From assembly GCF_029866045.1 (NCBI RefSeq), contig NZ_JARXAB010000172.1:177-64176 (forward strand): a stretch of 64,000 nucleotides of DNA, given 5' to 3'. Below the pieces are notes generated by a model. The model had not been told where the DNA came from. It searched no databases and saw only the letters and a program-made list of their open reading frames with translations. Every line of letters begins with the position of its first letter. Position 1 is the first letter of the stretch. Below, piece by piece: positions 35,142 to 45,408 of this stretch. Both the position numbers and the translations under genes were made by a program. Source of the DNA: Ramlibacter sp. Its GTDB lineage: Bacteria; Pseudomonadota; Gammaproteobacteria; Burkholderiales; Burkholderiaceae_C.

Positions 35142-37066
35142 CCCTGCGCAGCGGCATGACCATGACCGGGCCCCTGGCCGCTCTCGCGTGCCGAGTGGGC
35201 CAGGTACTGCGCTGGCTCTTGCTCGTTCCGCTGCTGGGCCTGCACGCCTGGGGCTTCGCCCAGGACCACATCACCGAGCGCGCCTGGCTGGAAGACCCCA
35301 GCGGACAAATGAGCTGGGACGAGGTGCGAGACCGCAAGCCCCAGCCTTACGTCGGCATCCTGAACAAAAGGGTCGGCGCGTCGGCCATCTGGCTGCGCTT
35401 GCGGATCGACCCCAGCCTGCACAGCGCAAGCAATCTGACCACCACCCGATTGGTGCTGCGAATCCGGCCGCCTTTCCTCGACGATATCCGCGTCTACGAC
35501 CCGCTGGTACCGGGTGGCCTGGCTGCCCGCACGGGTGACCTGCAGCATCCCCGTGAAGCCGCCATGCGGGGTCTGGATTTGCTGGTTCCGATCGCACGCG
35601 GCAGCGAACCGCGCGAGGTCTGGCTGCGCCTGACGTCTGAGAGCATGCGGGTGATCGATGTCCAAGCGCTCGACCGGGCGAGCCTGGATCGGGCCACGCT
35701 GATCCAGAACCTGCTGTTCGGGGTCGGTGTCGCGTTCACTGCGCTGTTTTCCGTCTGGGGCATGGCCTCCTGGCTGTTCAATCGGGAGCGCCTCATGGGC
35801 CTGTTTGGGCTGGGTCAGGCGACTGCGCTGCTCCAGTTGCTGAGCTCCCTCGGTTACCTGCGGATGTTCTGGCCAGGCGACTGGTCAGCCGAGGCACTCC
35901 ATGGGACCACGAACTTCTTCACGATCGCGACGGTGAGCGTCGCCACGCTCTTCCATGTACTTTTCTTGAGCCAATTCGACCCACCGCCTTGGCTTCGCAG
36001 GGTGCACTGGGCCATGGTGGGGCTGTTCCCGGTCAAGCTCGGCCTGATGGTGACTGGGTTGGAAATTGCCGCCATGCGGCTGAACATGATCGAGTTGCAG
36101 GTCTCCGTCTGGATCTACCTCGCGTCGGTCTTTCTGTGCCGGGCCTGGTCGGCCGGCAGGAGCCAGCCCATCCTTCTGGCCCGCTTTGCGGTGGTGCTGT
36201 TCTATGCAGCGCTCGTCGCCTCGCTTTTCTTAGCATCCCTGATCGGACTGGGCCTGCTGGGGGGCGCTGAGAGTGCTCTGCATGCCGTCCAGGCCCATGG
36301 GCTGGTGACGGGCTTGCTGCTGCTGCTTTTCCTGCAGTACCGAGCGCGCACGGAGGGGCGCCAGCGGCGCGAGACCGTGCAGGCCCTGGAGCGCTCGGTC
36401 CTGCAAACGCAACTGGAGCGAAACCTTCGAGAAGAGCAGGAAAAGCTGCTCGCGATGCTGGCCCATGAATTGCGAACCCCATTGGCGACCATGCACATGC
36501 GACTGGACTCGGCAGCCGATGGCACCGCGGCCATCAAGCATGCGATCCGCGACATGAACGCGGTGATTGAGCGCTGCCTGCAAACCTCCCAGCTGGGCGA
36601 CCGGCAACTTCGGGCGCAGGTCGAGCCGCTCGATGCGGTGGGCGTGGCGCGCGAAGCCATTACCTCCTGCCCCCAGCCAATGCGAGTGGAGATCGAAGCG
36701 CCGCCCAACCTCCTGATCAAGACCGACCGGCAACTGCTGTTCATCGTCCTGAGCAATCTGCTGGAGAACGCGTGCAAGTACGCGGCGCCCGGCAGCCCAG
36801 TCCAACTGCGACTGGCGCGCGCCAACAACGGCGACCTGGAGCTGGAGATCGCCAACGCGCCCGGCGCTGCCGGGTGGCCCGACCCCGACAAGCTATTCGA
36901 GAAGTTCTACCGAAGCCCGCACGCCCGCAGGCAGGCCGGCACCGGGCTGGGCCTCTTTCTCGTGCAAAACCTGGCGCAGGTGCTGGGCGGCAGCATCGAC
37001 TACCAACCCGACGAGGCCCTGGTGCGCTTTCGCCTGCGGCTGCCCAAGGTCACACCGGCGATTTGA
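35138..37066 (+). CDS. Sensor histidine kinase with a 7TM-DISM-type periplasmic domain and multiple TM helices
   Basis: [15 protein letters not shown] extracellular domain, about 7 hydrophobic segments, H-box [10 protein letters not shown]-box NLLENACKY and G-box GTGLGL. The GTG start overlaps the cysNC stop (GTGA) and follows GAGGAG. Confidence 0.9.
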   Translation: MTLRSGMTMTGPLAALACRVGQVLRWLLLVPLLGLHAWGFAQDHITERAWLEDPSGQMSWDEVRDRKPQPYVGILNKRVGASAIWLRLRIDPSLHSASNLTTTRLVLRIRPPFLDDIRVYDPLVPGGLAARTGDLQHPREAAMRGLDLLVPIARGSEPREVWLRLTSESMRVIDVQALDRASLDRATLIQNLLFGVGVAFTALFSVWGMASWLFNRERLMGLFGLGQATALLQLLSSLGYLRMFWPGDWSAEALHGTTNFFTIATVSVATLFHVLFLSQFDPPPWLRRVHWAMVGLFPVKLGLMVTGLEIAAMRLNMIELQVSVWIYLASVFLCRAWSAGRSQPILLARFAVVLFYAALVASLFLASLIGLGLLGGAESALHAVQAHGLVTGLLLLLFLQYRARTEGRQRRETVQALERSVLQTQLERNLREEQEKLLAMLAHELRTPLATMHMRLDSAADGTAAIKHAIRDMNAVIERCLQTSQLGDRQLRAQVEPLDAVGVAREAITSCPQPMRVEIEAPPNLLIKTDRQLLFIVLSNLLENACKYAAPGSPVQLRLARANNGDLELEIANAPGAAGWPDPDKLFEKFYRSPHARRQAGTGLGLFLVQNLAQVLGGSIDYQPDEALVRFRLRLPKVTPAI

Positions 37067-37103
37067 ACTTCGGCCCCATGTCCAACGCCACAGCGACAAA
37101 CCC

Positions 37104-37796
37104 ATGAACCAAGCGCCCTCACTTCAAATCCTGGTGGTTGAAGACAACGACAACCTGCGGGAGGCCACGGTGGGATTTCTGCAAGAGCAGGGACACCAGG
37201 TGGTGGGCGTGGTCTGCGCCGAGGACGTCGACGACACACCCACCCAGGCCCTGCCCGACCTGTACCTGATTGACGTGAACCTGCCCGGTGAGGACGGGTT
37301 CAGCCTGGCAAAACGCATCCGCAACAGCCAAGCCCTGGCGGGCATCGTGATGATCACTGCGCGCAGCCAGTTGAACGACCGGCTTGACGGCTATGGCTGT
37401 GGGGCGGACAACTACCTGATGAAGCCGGTGGACAAGGCCGAGTTGCTGGCCTGCGTGAACAACCTGGCACGCCGACTCAAACCCATCCCGATCGAGACAG
37501 GGTTCACCTTGAACACCCAAACGCTGTGCCTGGCCGGGCCCGCCGGAGAGGTGACACTGACGCACGGTGAAAGCCTGCTCCTGGCCGCCTTCTGCCGTGC
37601 TGCCAGCCAGACCCTGGAGCGTTGGCAGGCCATGCAACTGGTGGACACCAAGGACAAGGGCCTGGTGGCGGCGAATCTCGAGATGCGTATCAGTGCCTTG
37701 CGCAAAAAGCTCAGCGTCTGCGGCGCGTCCAACGACGCCATCCGCACGCTGCGTGGCGTGGGCTACGCACTGGGCTGCCAGATCCGCGTGATTTGA
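37104..37796 (+). CDS. OmpR-family response regulator
   Basis: Receiver motifs LVVEDN, IDVNLPGEDG and GADNYLMKP. Winged-helix C-terminus ISALRKKL..IRTLRGVGY. Confidence 0.93.
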   Translation: MNQAPSLQILVVEDNDNLREATVGFLQEQGHQVVGVVCAEDVDDTPTQALPDLYLIDVNLPGEDGFSLAKRIRNSQALAGIVMITARSQLNDRLDGYGCGADNYLMKPVDKAELLACVNNLARRLKPIPIETGFTLNTQTLCLAGPAGEVTLTHGESLLLAAFCRAASQTLERWQAMQLVDTKDKGLVAANLEMRISALRKKLSVCGASNDAIRTLRGVGYALGCQIRVI

Positions 37797-37877
37797 CGCG
37801 AATTTTTGACGGCGGCCGCCCAGGCGAAATGGCTGACGTAAAGCAGGAAAGGCTCGCGCTCAGCCAGCGGCGAGGGC

Positions 37878-38861
37878 TTAGGAGTCGGCCTTGAAGTTCA
37901 GGGCCGTGACCAAGCGCCGACCCATGTCGGAGTCGGCCGCCAAGCGGCGGGTGTGGTCGGCCACGGAACCGCCTTCGATGTGGCCCGCCAGGGGCGTCAC
38001 GAAATCGCGAACGTCCTGCTGGGCCATGGCGGCGCGCAGGGCGCCGTTGATGGCCTCGCGCACCGGCTCGGGCGTGCCAGCCGGGGCGAAGAACCCGAAC
38101 CATTCACGAACGACCAGCTCGCCGAAACCCTGCTCACGGTAGGTAGCGACTTCGGGCACATAGGGCGAGCGCTCGGGGCCGGAGGTGGCCAAGATGCGCG
38201 CCTTGCCGCTCTTGTGGTGCTGGGCCATGTCACCCAGGGGCGAAGACATGCCCGCCACTTGGCCGCCAAGCACCTGCGGGATGGCCGGGCCAGAGCCGGC
38301 GAAGGGCACGTTGGTAACCTGGAAGTTGGCCAGCATGGCGAGACGGCCCGCCAGCAGGTGCGGCATGGAGCCCGAGCCCGGGTTGGCGATGCTCGCCTTG
38401 CCGGGGTTGGCCTTGGCCCACTCGACGAAGTCCTTGAGGTTGCGCACCGATTCGGGCACGGCCGGGCCGACGGCGAAGGCGTGGTCGGTGGCGTGACCCA
38501 GGCCCACGGGCGCCACGTCCGAGACGGCGTAGTTCAGCTTGGAGAAGGAGTGCGGGAAGATGGTGAACATCGACGCCGGCGTGTAAAGCAGGTGCGCGCC
38601 ATCGGCCGCGGCGCCTTTGAGGGTGGTCACACCGACCTGGCCACCGCCACCGGGCTTGTTGTCGACGATGACGGTGTTGGCAAAGGTACCGCGCAGCTTG
38701 TCACCCACGCGCCGGGCGAAGGCGTCGGTGGTGCCGCCAGGCGGGAAGCCGACGATGATGCGCAGCGACTCAACGCGCGCTTGGGCGATGGCAGAAAGCG
38801 GACCCAGGCCCATCAGGCCGGCGGCAGCGGCGCCTTGAATCAGTTGGCGGCGGGTAGTCAT
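37878..38861 (-). CDS. Bug/TctC family substrate-binding protein with a Tat-like signal
   Basis: TRRQLI leader, IVGFPPGGTTD, VDNKPGGGG and EWFGFFAPAGTP. Confidence 0.9.
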   Translation of the reverse strand: MTTRRQLIQGAAAAGLMGLGPLSAIAQARVESLRIIVGFPPGGTTDAFARRVGDKLRGTFANTVIVDNKPGGGGQVGVTTLKGAAADGAHLLYTPASMFTIFPHSFSKLNYAVSDVAPVGLGHATDHAFAVGPAVPESVRNLKDFVEWAKANPGKASIANPGSGSMPHLLAGRLAMLANFQVTNVPFAGSGPAIPQVLGGQVAGMSSPLGDMAQHHKSGKARILATSGPERSPYVPEVATYREQGFGELVVREWFGFFAPAGTPEPVREAINGALRAAMAQQDVRDFVTPLAGHIEGGSVADHTRRLAADSDMGRRLVTALNFKADS

Positions 38862-39064
38862 GGTCAATCTCTCCTGAAGGACGAAAAGCAGTGGAAGGCT
38901 GAACGATAGCGCGATTTAGGGGCCCTCAAAGGGCTCCCGCTACAGGGGTTTTCACCATGCCAAAGCCAAGTCGGCAAGCCGGGCAAACGAACCTGTTCCT
39001 CGGTAATTGCCAGGGCATGCTGGGCACGCCCCAGGGGCCCAAGGACTATGTGCCGCCGCCTGGG

Positions 39065-39661
39065 CTATCCAATGGAACCACCGTCCCGACGATCGGGGGC
39101 GTCAAGAACCGCCCCCTGGCCTGCGGGCGCCAGCAGCAGCAAGCCGGCCGCCATGCCCAGGTGAAGCAAGTCGCCCGGCACGAGCCAGGGCGGCACCGAC
39201 ATCTTGGTCACGAAGAGCAGCGACCCAGCGACCATGAAGGCCGGACCCAAGGCGCGGCGGCCGTCTTTGGCCTTGAACAGCGCCCACAGCATGAGGGCCA
39301 TGCTCACCAGACCTGCGGCCTGGTCGTAGAGGCGTAGCTTGCCAAGCCCGGAAATCAGCAGGCCCAGAAGCATCGCCGCGCCCAAGAAGATGAGGGTGAA
39401 CTGCCGCCGGCGGGCCACCGCCGATTCAGGCGTCAGCACGCACACCGCCAGCAGCGGCAGCGCCGCACATGCGCCCAGCATAGAAAACAGCTGGTGCCAG
39501 CCCTCCATCGGATACAGACCGGAAAAGCGCAGAAAGCCCAGGAGCGCCGGCAGGGCCAGCAAGCCAAAGGCCATGCGGTAGCCGATGCTGAACTGGGGCC
39601 GGGACGCGAGCCAGGCCGCCACCCCACACAGCAGTGCGTCGGTGAGGGCCAGGCTAAGCAT
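39065..39661 (-). CDS. Hypothetical polytopic membrane protein
   Basis: 198 aa with about 6-7 hydrophobic segments. Overlaps the end of the upstream hydroxylase gene. Confidence 0.7.
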   Translation of the reverse strand: MLSLALTDALLCGVAAWLASRPQFSIGYRMAFGLLALPALLGFLRFSGLYPMEGWHQLFSMLGACAALPLLAVCVLTPESAVARRRQFTLIFLGAAMLLGLLISGLGKLRLYDQAAGLVSMALMLWALFKAKDGRRALGPAFMVAGSLLFVTKMSVPPWLVPGDLLHLGMAAGLLLLAPAGQGAVLDAPDRRDGGSIG

Positions 39662-40745
39662 GGGACGGGCCTTGCGCCAGAGGCTGCGAGGCCGGAGCGG
39701 GCCGGCGTGTCATCCAGGCACCAAAGGCGGCTAAGGCCAGCACCGCGGCCACGCAGAAAGCCACACGCGCAGGCTGCGGCAGGCCTTTTTGCACCAGGAA
39801 AAAGGCGATCAGCAACAAGGCGCCGGTCGCAGTAACAAAGAAGGCCAGCGCCCTGAGGCGACCGGTCTCCGGCGTGTCAAAGCGGCTGAAAGTCTCGGCG
39901 CGGAACGCCTCGGTGGCATCCTCTTTTTCCGGGGTCCAGGAGGGCTTGGCAAAAACATGCATCAGCCGGTGCCGCCAGTTGCGGGCAGCTTTGACCTGCC
40001 GGCCAATCTGCACATAGTGATGCACATTGGCCCACAGCGGATTCCAACTGCCCAGCGGCTTGCGGATGCCGTAGACCGGCTTGTCATCGTCCCGCTCGTC
40101 GGCATAGGTACCGAACATCCGGTCCCAGAAGGAGAAGATGCCGCCGTAGTTCTTGTCGATGCAGTAGTCGTTCTGGCCGTGGTGCACCCGGTGGTTGGAC
40201 GGGGTCACCACCACATACTCCAGCCACCCCAGCTTGCCCACCAGCTGCGTGTGCACCCAGTACTGGTAGAGAAAGTCGATCAGGCCGACCACCACGAACA
40301 CCTGGACCGGATAGCCGAGCAAGGCCAGCGGAATGTAGAAGATCCACCGGAAAAGGAAGCCCGTCGACGACTGGCGAAGCGCGGTGGACAGGTTGAACTC
40401 CTCGCTGCTGTGATGCACCACATGCGAGGCCCACAGAATGTTGATTTCGTGGCCCGTCCTGTGCACCCAGTAGTAGCAGAAGTCGTAGAGCAGCAAGGCG
40501 CTGACCCAGGTCATCGGGTGGCGCACGTCCCAGACAAAAGCGCCGAAGCGGTCTGCGATGAGCGCATACATGATGACGCTGACCACGCCGCCAATCGCCT
40601 TGGAAAACTCGCTCATGAGCCCGACGTTGATCGAGGTCAGGCTGTCCTTGAGGCGATAGACCGAGACGCCGCGAGAATGCGCCACCCAAAGCTCGAATGC
40701 GATGAGCAAAAAGAAGATGGGAATCGCAAAGGCAATGGGGTTCAT
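39654..40745 (-). CDS. Fatty acid hydroxylase/sterol desaturase family, alkylglycerol monooxygenase-like
   Basis: His boxes YYWVHR..HE, HVVHHSSEEFNLSTALRQ, QYWVHT and TPSNHRVHHGQN, followed by IDKNYGG..WDRMFGT. Confidence 0.88.
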   Translation of the reverse strand: MNPIAFAIPIFFLLIAFELWVAHSRGVSVYRLKDSLTSINVGLMSEFSKAIGGVVSVIMYALIADRFGAFVWDVRHPMTWVSALLLYDFCYYWVHRTGHEINILWASHVVHHSSEEFNLSTALRQSSTGFLFRWIFYIPLALLGYPVQVFVVVGLIDFLYQYWVHTQLVGKLGWLEYVVVTPSNHRVHHGQNDYCIDKNYGGIFSFWDRMFGTYADERDDDKPVYGIRKPLGSWNPLWANVHHYVQIGRQVKAARNWRHRLMHVFAKPSWTPEKEDATEAFRAETFSRFDTPETGRLRALAFFVTATGALLLIAFFLVQKGLPQPARVAFCVAAVLALAAFGAWMTRRPAPASQPLAQGPSHA

Positions 40746-41866
40746 TTTTTAATTCCTGTGCGAAGCGGCTGTGCTGCATTGTGCTCCTCGCCCGGCGCCG
40801 TCGGATGACGGTAAATATGGCGTGGCTGTGCCAGCGGGTAATCCACCGGGCAGGGGCGGGCTTGCTGCCAAGCGGCTATCAACGCGTCTTCCCGCGCATA
40901 GTCAAAGGGGTCGCCCAGTTGCGCCTCCACCTCGGCCATCGCGCTGCGGTGGGCGACCAGCCAGTCGATGCTGCGAGCCAGCGCATCGGGCGCGCCCACC
41001 GGGTCGGCATACCCGAGTTCGCGCCGGATCTGGCCGCTGTCGATGACACGGCTTTCGCGGGTGTGCCGCCACAAGGGGTGGCAGGGCCGCGCCCAGTCGT
41101 AGGGCATGTCGACCAGTTCGAAGCGGTGCCCCAGGTGCGCCGCCACCGCCTCGACGCGCTGGCGCATCGAGTGCAGGGCCTGATCGGCCACCAGGTAGCG
41201 CCGGCCGTGACTGATCTCGGGCTGGTCAATCGCCAGCAACACCGCATGCGCCGCGTTCTCGGCGTAGGCCCGGCTTTCCAGCTTATGGCCGCCGTCGGCC
41301 AGGATGAACTGGCGCCGGCCATCGAGCACTCGGCGCACGATGGCCCAGTCGGTGGCACCGGGCTGGCGCGGTCCGTACAGGATCGGATAGGCGATGCAGG
41401 TCACGCTGAAATGCCCCTGGGCATGCGCCTCGAACAAGGCCGCCTCTGCCTGCGCGATCCGCAGCGCCAGGGTAGGCTCACCCTCGCCCGTGGCGGACAG
41501 TACGCGGGCTTCGTCCAGCAAAGCGGGCCGGCCGAGCGCGCCCCAGCGCGTATCGCCCTCTCGGGCGGTGCCGCCGGTGGCTCCGGTGATCGCCAGCAGG
41601 CGATTCGTGTGCCCCTTGAGCACCTCGACCAGCACCCGCAGGCGCCCGTAGCTGGCGATCACCAGGTCCCATTGGCGGCCCGCCAGAGCAGGCACCAGGG
41701 CCTCGGCGAAGTTCGGGTCAGCGTGCAGGGTCTCCACCGCGCCGCTGTAAGGGGCCGACCGCCGCCCGGAGTGCAACACGGTGACCGACCAACCGCGCGC
41801 GAGCAGCCCGTCGACGATGTACGGACCGGTGGGGCCGGTTCCGCCGATCAACAGGGCAGTGGGCAT
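40742..41866 (-). CDS. NAD-dependent epimerase/dehydratase (atypical extended SDR)
   Basis: Rossmann motif LLIGGTGPTG and YPILYGPRQ. Overlaps the downstream gene by 4 bp. Confidence 0.78.
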   Translation of the reverse strand: MPTALLIGGTGPTGPYIVDGLLARGWSVTVLHSGRRSAPYSGAVETLHADPNFAEALVPALAGRQWDLVIASYGRLRVLVEVLKGHTNRLLAITGATGGTAREGDTRWGALGRPALLDEARVLSATGEGEPTLALRIAQAEAALFEAHAQGHFSVTCIAYPILYGPRQPGATDWAIVRRVLDGRRQFILADGGHKLESRAYAENAAHAVLLAIDQPEISHGRRYLVADQALHSMRQRVEAVAAHLGHRFELVDMPYDWARPCHPLWRHTRESRVIDSGQIRRELGYADPVGAPDALARSIDWLVAHRSAMAEVEAQLGDPFDYAREDALIAAWQQARPCPVDYPLAQPRHIYRHPTAPGEEHNAAQPLRTGIKK

Positions 41867-41924
41867 CGCAGCGCAAGCATCGAAAGTCGGCGTGAAGCGT
41901 GCGAATTCCGGGCTGATTCGGCGC

Positions 41925-42899
41925 CTAGTCCGTCTTGATGCCGCGCTCGCGGATCACCTCACCCCACCGACGGAAATCGCCATTCGCGCGGGCCGCGTAC
42001 TCGGGGCCTGGCAGGAACTCCGGGTCCACCCCCTGCTTGCGCAGCGAGTCTGCAATCTCGGGCTTGGCGACTGAGACTTGCAGTTCACGCGCCAGACGCT
42101 GGACGATGGCCGGCGGCGTACCAGCCGGCATGGCAAAGCCGTACCAAGAACCTGCCACGAGGTCGATGCCCTGTTCGATGAAGGTCGGGCAGTCGGGCAA
42201 GAGCGACGAGCGAGTGGTACCAGCCATGCCCAGCGCACGCATCTTGCCGGCGCTGATGTAGGGCATGGCGCCCAGCGAGGTCGACATCATCTGGATATGC
42301 CCCGCGAGCAGGTCGTTGTAGGCCGGTGCGGCGCCGCGATAAGGCACGTGCACCACGTCGATGCCGGCAATCTGCTTGATGCGCTCCATCGTGAGGTGGC
42401 CGATGCTGCCCGAGCCCTGGCTGGCGTAGTTGATCTTGCCGGGGTTAGCCTTGGCGTAGGCCACCAGGTCCCGCATGTTGCGGATATTGGCCGTCTGCGG
42501 CGTGGTCGGGTTGACCACCACCGCAGCGTACTGGCTGTACACCTGGCCGACCATCGCAAAGTCCTTGGTGAAGTCGATGCTGCGGTTCTGGCTGTGATAT
42601 GAGAGAGCGCCAGAGATCGAAATGGCCACCATGGTGTAGCCGTCGGGCGGGCTTCGCATGGCCATATCCTGCCCCAGCAAGCCAGTACCGCCCACGCGGT
42701 TTTCAATCACCATCGGCTGGCCGAGGCGCTTTTCCATGTCGTTGCCCAGGGCGCGGGCGACCGCGTCTCCGGTGCCCCCCGCTGAGAAGGGCAGGATGAC
42801 CTTGATGGGCCGGTTCGGCCAGTTGTCCTGCGCCCACGAGACGCCGGATGCGGTTGCCGCCATGCCGAGCAAGCCTTGGCTGAAAGTTCGTCTTTGCAT
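41925..42899 (-). CDS. Bug/TctC family substrate-binding protein
   Basis: MQRRTF leader, WPNRPIKVILPFSAGG, PDGYT, HVPYRGAAPA. Start at ATG 42899 after GGAGA. Confidence 0.92.
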   Translation of the reverse strand: MQRRTFSQGLLGMAATASGVSWAQDNWPNRPIKVILPFSAGGTGDAVARALGNDMEKRLGQPMVIENRVGGTGLLGQDMAMRSPPDGYTMVAISISGALSYHSQNRSIDFTKDFAMVGQVYSQYAAVVVNPTTPQTANIRNMRDLVAYAKANPGKINYASQGSGSIGHLTMERIKQIAGIDVVHVPYRGAAPAYNDLLAGHIQMMSTSLGAMPYISAGKMRALGMAGTTRSSLLPDCPTFIEQGIDLVAGSWYGFAMPAGTPPAIVQRLARELQVSVAKPEIADSLRKQGVDPEFLPGPEYAARANGDFRRWGEVIRERGIKTD

Positions 42900-42922
42900 G
42901 TCTTTGTCTCCTTTGGTAGTTT

Positions 42923-44170
42923 TCAGATCACACCGTCTTTGCGTAGCGTCGCAAGATCGGATTCGGTCAGCCCGAGCAGTTCGCCCAGGACTTGTGCGTT
43001 GTCGGCGCCACGGGCCCGACCCGCATGGCGCACTTGGTGGGTGCGGCCCGGGAACTTGGGCACCACCCCCTGCATGCGGATCGGCCCGAGCTCCTCGTCG
43101 GGCACCGAGATCACGTCTTCGCGCGCCAGGAAGTGCGGGTCTTGCACGATCTCGGCGGCGCTGTAGACCGGGCTGTGCACCGCGTCGGCTGCGCGCAGGT
43201 CGGCCACCAGGCTCTCGTAGGGGTGCGACCCCATCCAGTCGATCAGATGCACATTGCAGTTCGACAGAAAGCGCTGCACGGCCTGGGTGTCGGGGTTGAC
43301 CATGATGCCGCCGTCGCATTCGGCGATCAGCGCCTCGGCGCGCGCAGCTACCAGGATGCGCCGGATCGCCTGCGGGCCCACTGCGCTCACGATCAGGTAC
43401 TTCTCGTCCTGGGTACGGTAGCAACTGCGCAGCACGCCGTGCTCGCCCAGGAAATTGCCCGGACGTATCGGGGCCTTGCCCAGCTGGTCATAGGTGGCGA
43501 TTTGGGTAGGAACAATACGAAACAGCGCCTCGAACAGGGCCACGTCCACCACGTCGACGCCCCGCGTTCCCTGTTTGAGCTTGCTGGTCATACCGGCCAG
43601 CACACCGATCAGGCCGAACAGCGAGGCAACGCCGTCGCCGAGCGTAGTCGACGGGAACACCGGCGGGCCGTCCTTGAAGCCGTTCATGTGGGCAAAGCCG
43701 CTCAGCGCCTCGGCGACGGTGCCAAACCCGGGCAGATGCCGGTTGGGACCGGTCTGGCCGAAGCCGCTGATGCGAAGCAGCATCACGTTGGCGCCCGCAG
43801 CCTCGAGGTCGGCAGGGCCGATGCCCCACTTTTCAAGCGTGCCCGGGCGGAAGTTCTCGACGATCACGTCGAACTGGGTTGCCATCTTGAGGAACAGCTC
43901 GCGGCCCTTGGGCGTGGACAGGCGCAGCGTCACCGCACGTTTGCCACGCTGGATCACCTTCCACCACATCGAGTGCCCGTCTTTCTTGGGCAGCATGGTG
44001 CGGATTGGGCTGCCATCCGGCGTTTCAACGGTCACGACATCGGCCCCGAGGTCAGCCAGGATGGCCGCAGCGTTGGCGCCCGAGTATTGATGCGAGAGGT
44101 CCAGCACCCGAAGGCCAGCGAGCACCGCTGGTCTATCGGATTTTGGGGCTTGAGTTTGATCTTGTGTCAC
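42923..44170 (-). CDS. CaiB/BaiF family III CoA-transferase
   Basis: LAGLRVLDLS, LADLGADV, ENFRPG, SGFGQTGP and the putative catalytic Asp in LGDGVAS. Confidence 0.93.
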   Translation of the reverse strand: MTQDQTQAPKSDRPAVLAGLRVLDLSHQYSGANAAAILADLGADVVTVETPDGSPIRTMLPKKDGHSMWWKVIQRGKRAVTLRLSTPKGRELFLKMATQFDVIVENFRPGTLEKWGIGPADLEAAGANVMLLRISGFGQTGPNRHLPGFGTVAEALSGFAHMNGFKDGPPVFPSTTLGDGVASLFGLIGVLAGMTSKLKQGTRGVDVVDVALFEALFRIVPTQIATYDQLGKAPIRPGNFLGEHGVLRSCYRTQDEKYLIVSAVGPQAIRRILVAARAEALIAECDGGIMVNPDTQAVQRFLSNCNVHLIDWMGSHPYESLVADLRAADAVHSPVYSAAEIVQDPHFLAREDVISVPDEELGPIRMQGVVPKFPGRTHQVRHAGRARGADNAQVLGELLGLTESDLATLRKDGVI

Positions 44171-45408
44171 GCCACAGCTCCTTCTTGGGTGCGGGCCAGC
44201 CGCACCACGCCACGTTCGGCCAGATCGGCCACGGTTGATTCGTCCAGCCCAAGCAGCTCCTGGAGCACGGCTCGGGTGTGGTCGCCCATGCGGGGCGCTG
44301 GCTGGTGATCGCGCTCACCCCAGGCCTGCACCTGGATCGGCGAGCGCGCCACCTCGTAGGCGCCCTCGCCCTCGCCCAATGTGCGCAGGCTGGCGTTGTG
44401 CGCAGCCTGCTCGCTGCGAACTGCCTCGTGCAGGTCCATCACCGGGCTGGTAGGCACATCGGCCTCGGTGAGCAGGGCGATCCACTCCTGGCTGGGCCGC
44501 TGGCGGAACAAGGCCTGCAATTCGCCCACGAGCAGCTCCCGGTGCGCGAGGCGCTGCGGGTTGCTTTCGAAGCGGGGGTCCTTGATCCAGTCTTCGCGCC
44601 CGAGGGCGCGGCACAGGTTCTCCCAAAAACCCCGGGTGAAAGCGCCCACCATGACGTAGCGGCCGTCGGCGCATTCAAAGGCCTGGTAGGGAACGATCTG
44701 CGCATGCCCTCGGCCAACACGCGGCACCACCTGGCCCAGCGTGGCGACGCCAGGAATGTAGTTGGCCATCATGTTGAAGGCGGCGTCGAGCATGGCCACC
44801 TGCACCTGCTGCCCCTCGGGGTGAAGCGGGCGGGCGTGCAGCGCGGCAAGGATGCCCGAGAGCATGAACAGGCCGCTGGAAAAATCAGCGATCGGCGCGC
44901 CGATGCGCACCGGACCGCCGCCCACCTCGCCTGTGATGCCCATGAGGCCCGAGACGCTTTGCAAGATGATGTCGTTGGCCGGCCGGTCGGCCCAAGGCCC
45001 CTGCGGGCCAAAGGCGTTGATCGACGCGTAGATCAGACCCGGGCGCAGCTTTGAAAGCACGTCGAAGCCCAGCCCTAGGCGGTCCATCACCCCGGGGCGG
45101 AAGTTCTCGGTGACGATGTCGCAATGGGCCACCATCTGCCGGGCCAGCTCGCACCCCTCGGGATTGCCCAAGTCCAGCACGATGCTGCGCTTGTTGCGGT
45201 TGAGGCTGACGTAGTAGTCGGTCTCCTTGGGCCCCAGCGCCGGCATGGGCACGCCCATGGTGCGCGTGCCATCGCCGCCCTTGGGCTTTTCGATCTTGAT
45301 CACCTCCGCGCCCATGTCCGCGAGGAACATGGTCGCAAACGGCGCGGCCGCCGCGTGGCTGAAATCGAGCACACGCAGGCCGGCCAGGGGCAGGTGGGTC
45401 TGGCTCAC
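44167..45408 (-). CDS. CaiB/BaiF family III CoA-transferase
   Basis: LAGLRVLDFS, LADMGAEVIKIE, NRNKRSI, ENFRPG and IADFSSG. Confidence 0.93.
   Translation of the reverse strand: MSQTHLPLAGLRVLDFSHAAAAPFATMFLADMGAEVIKIEKPKGGDGTRTMGVPMPALGPKETDYYVSLNRNKRSIVLDLGNPEGCELARQMVAHCDIVTENFRPGVMDRLGLGFDVLSKLRPGLIYASINAFGPQGPWADRPANDIILQSVSGLMGITGEVGGGPVRIGAPIADFSSGLFMLSGILAALHARPLHPEGQQVQVAMLDAAFNMMANYIPGVATLGQVVPRVGRGHAQIVPYQAFECADGRYVMVGAFTRGFWENLCRALGREDWIKDPRFESNPQRLAHRELLVGELQALFRQRPSQEWIALLTEADVPTSPVMDLHEAVRSEQAAHNASLRTLGEGEGAYEVARSPIQVQAWGERDHQPAPRMGDHTRAVLQELLGLDESTVADLAERGVVRLARTQEGAVA

Noticed and set aside
42900-43424. N-terminal extensions in the ORF track (Bug 41925-43424; also MaoC to 46907, cysNC from 33036, LysR to 63573, Bug to 1352)
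   Set aside because: They overlap neighbouring genes. Downstream starts with an RBS or translational coupling fit the family lengths better.
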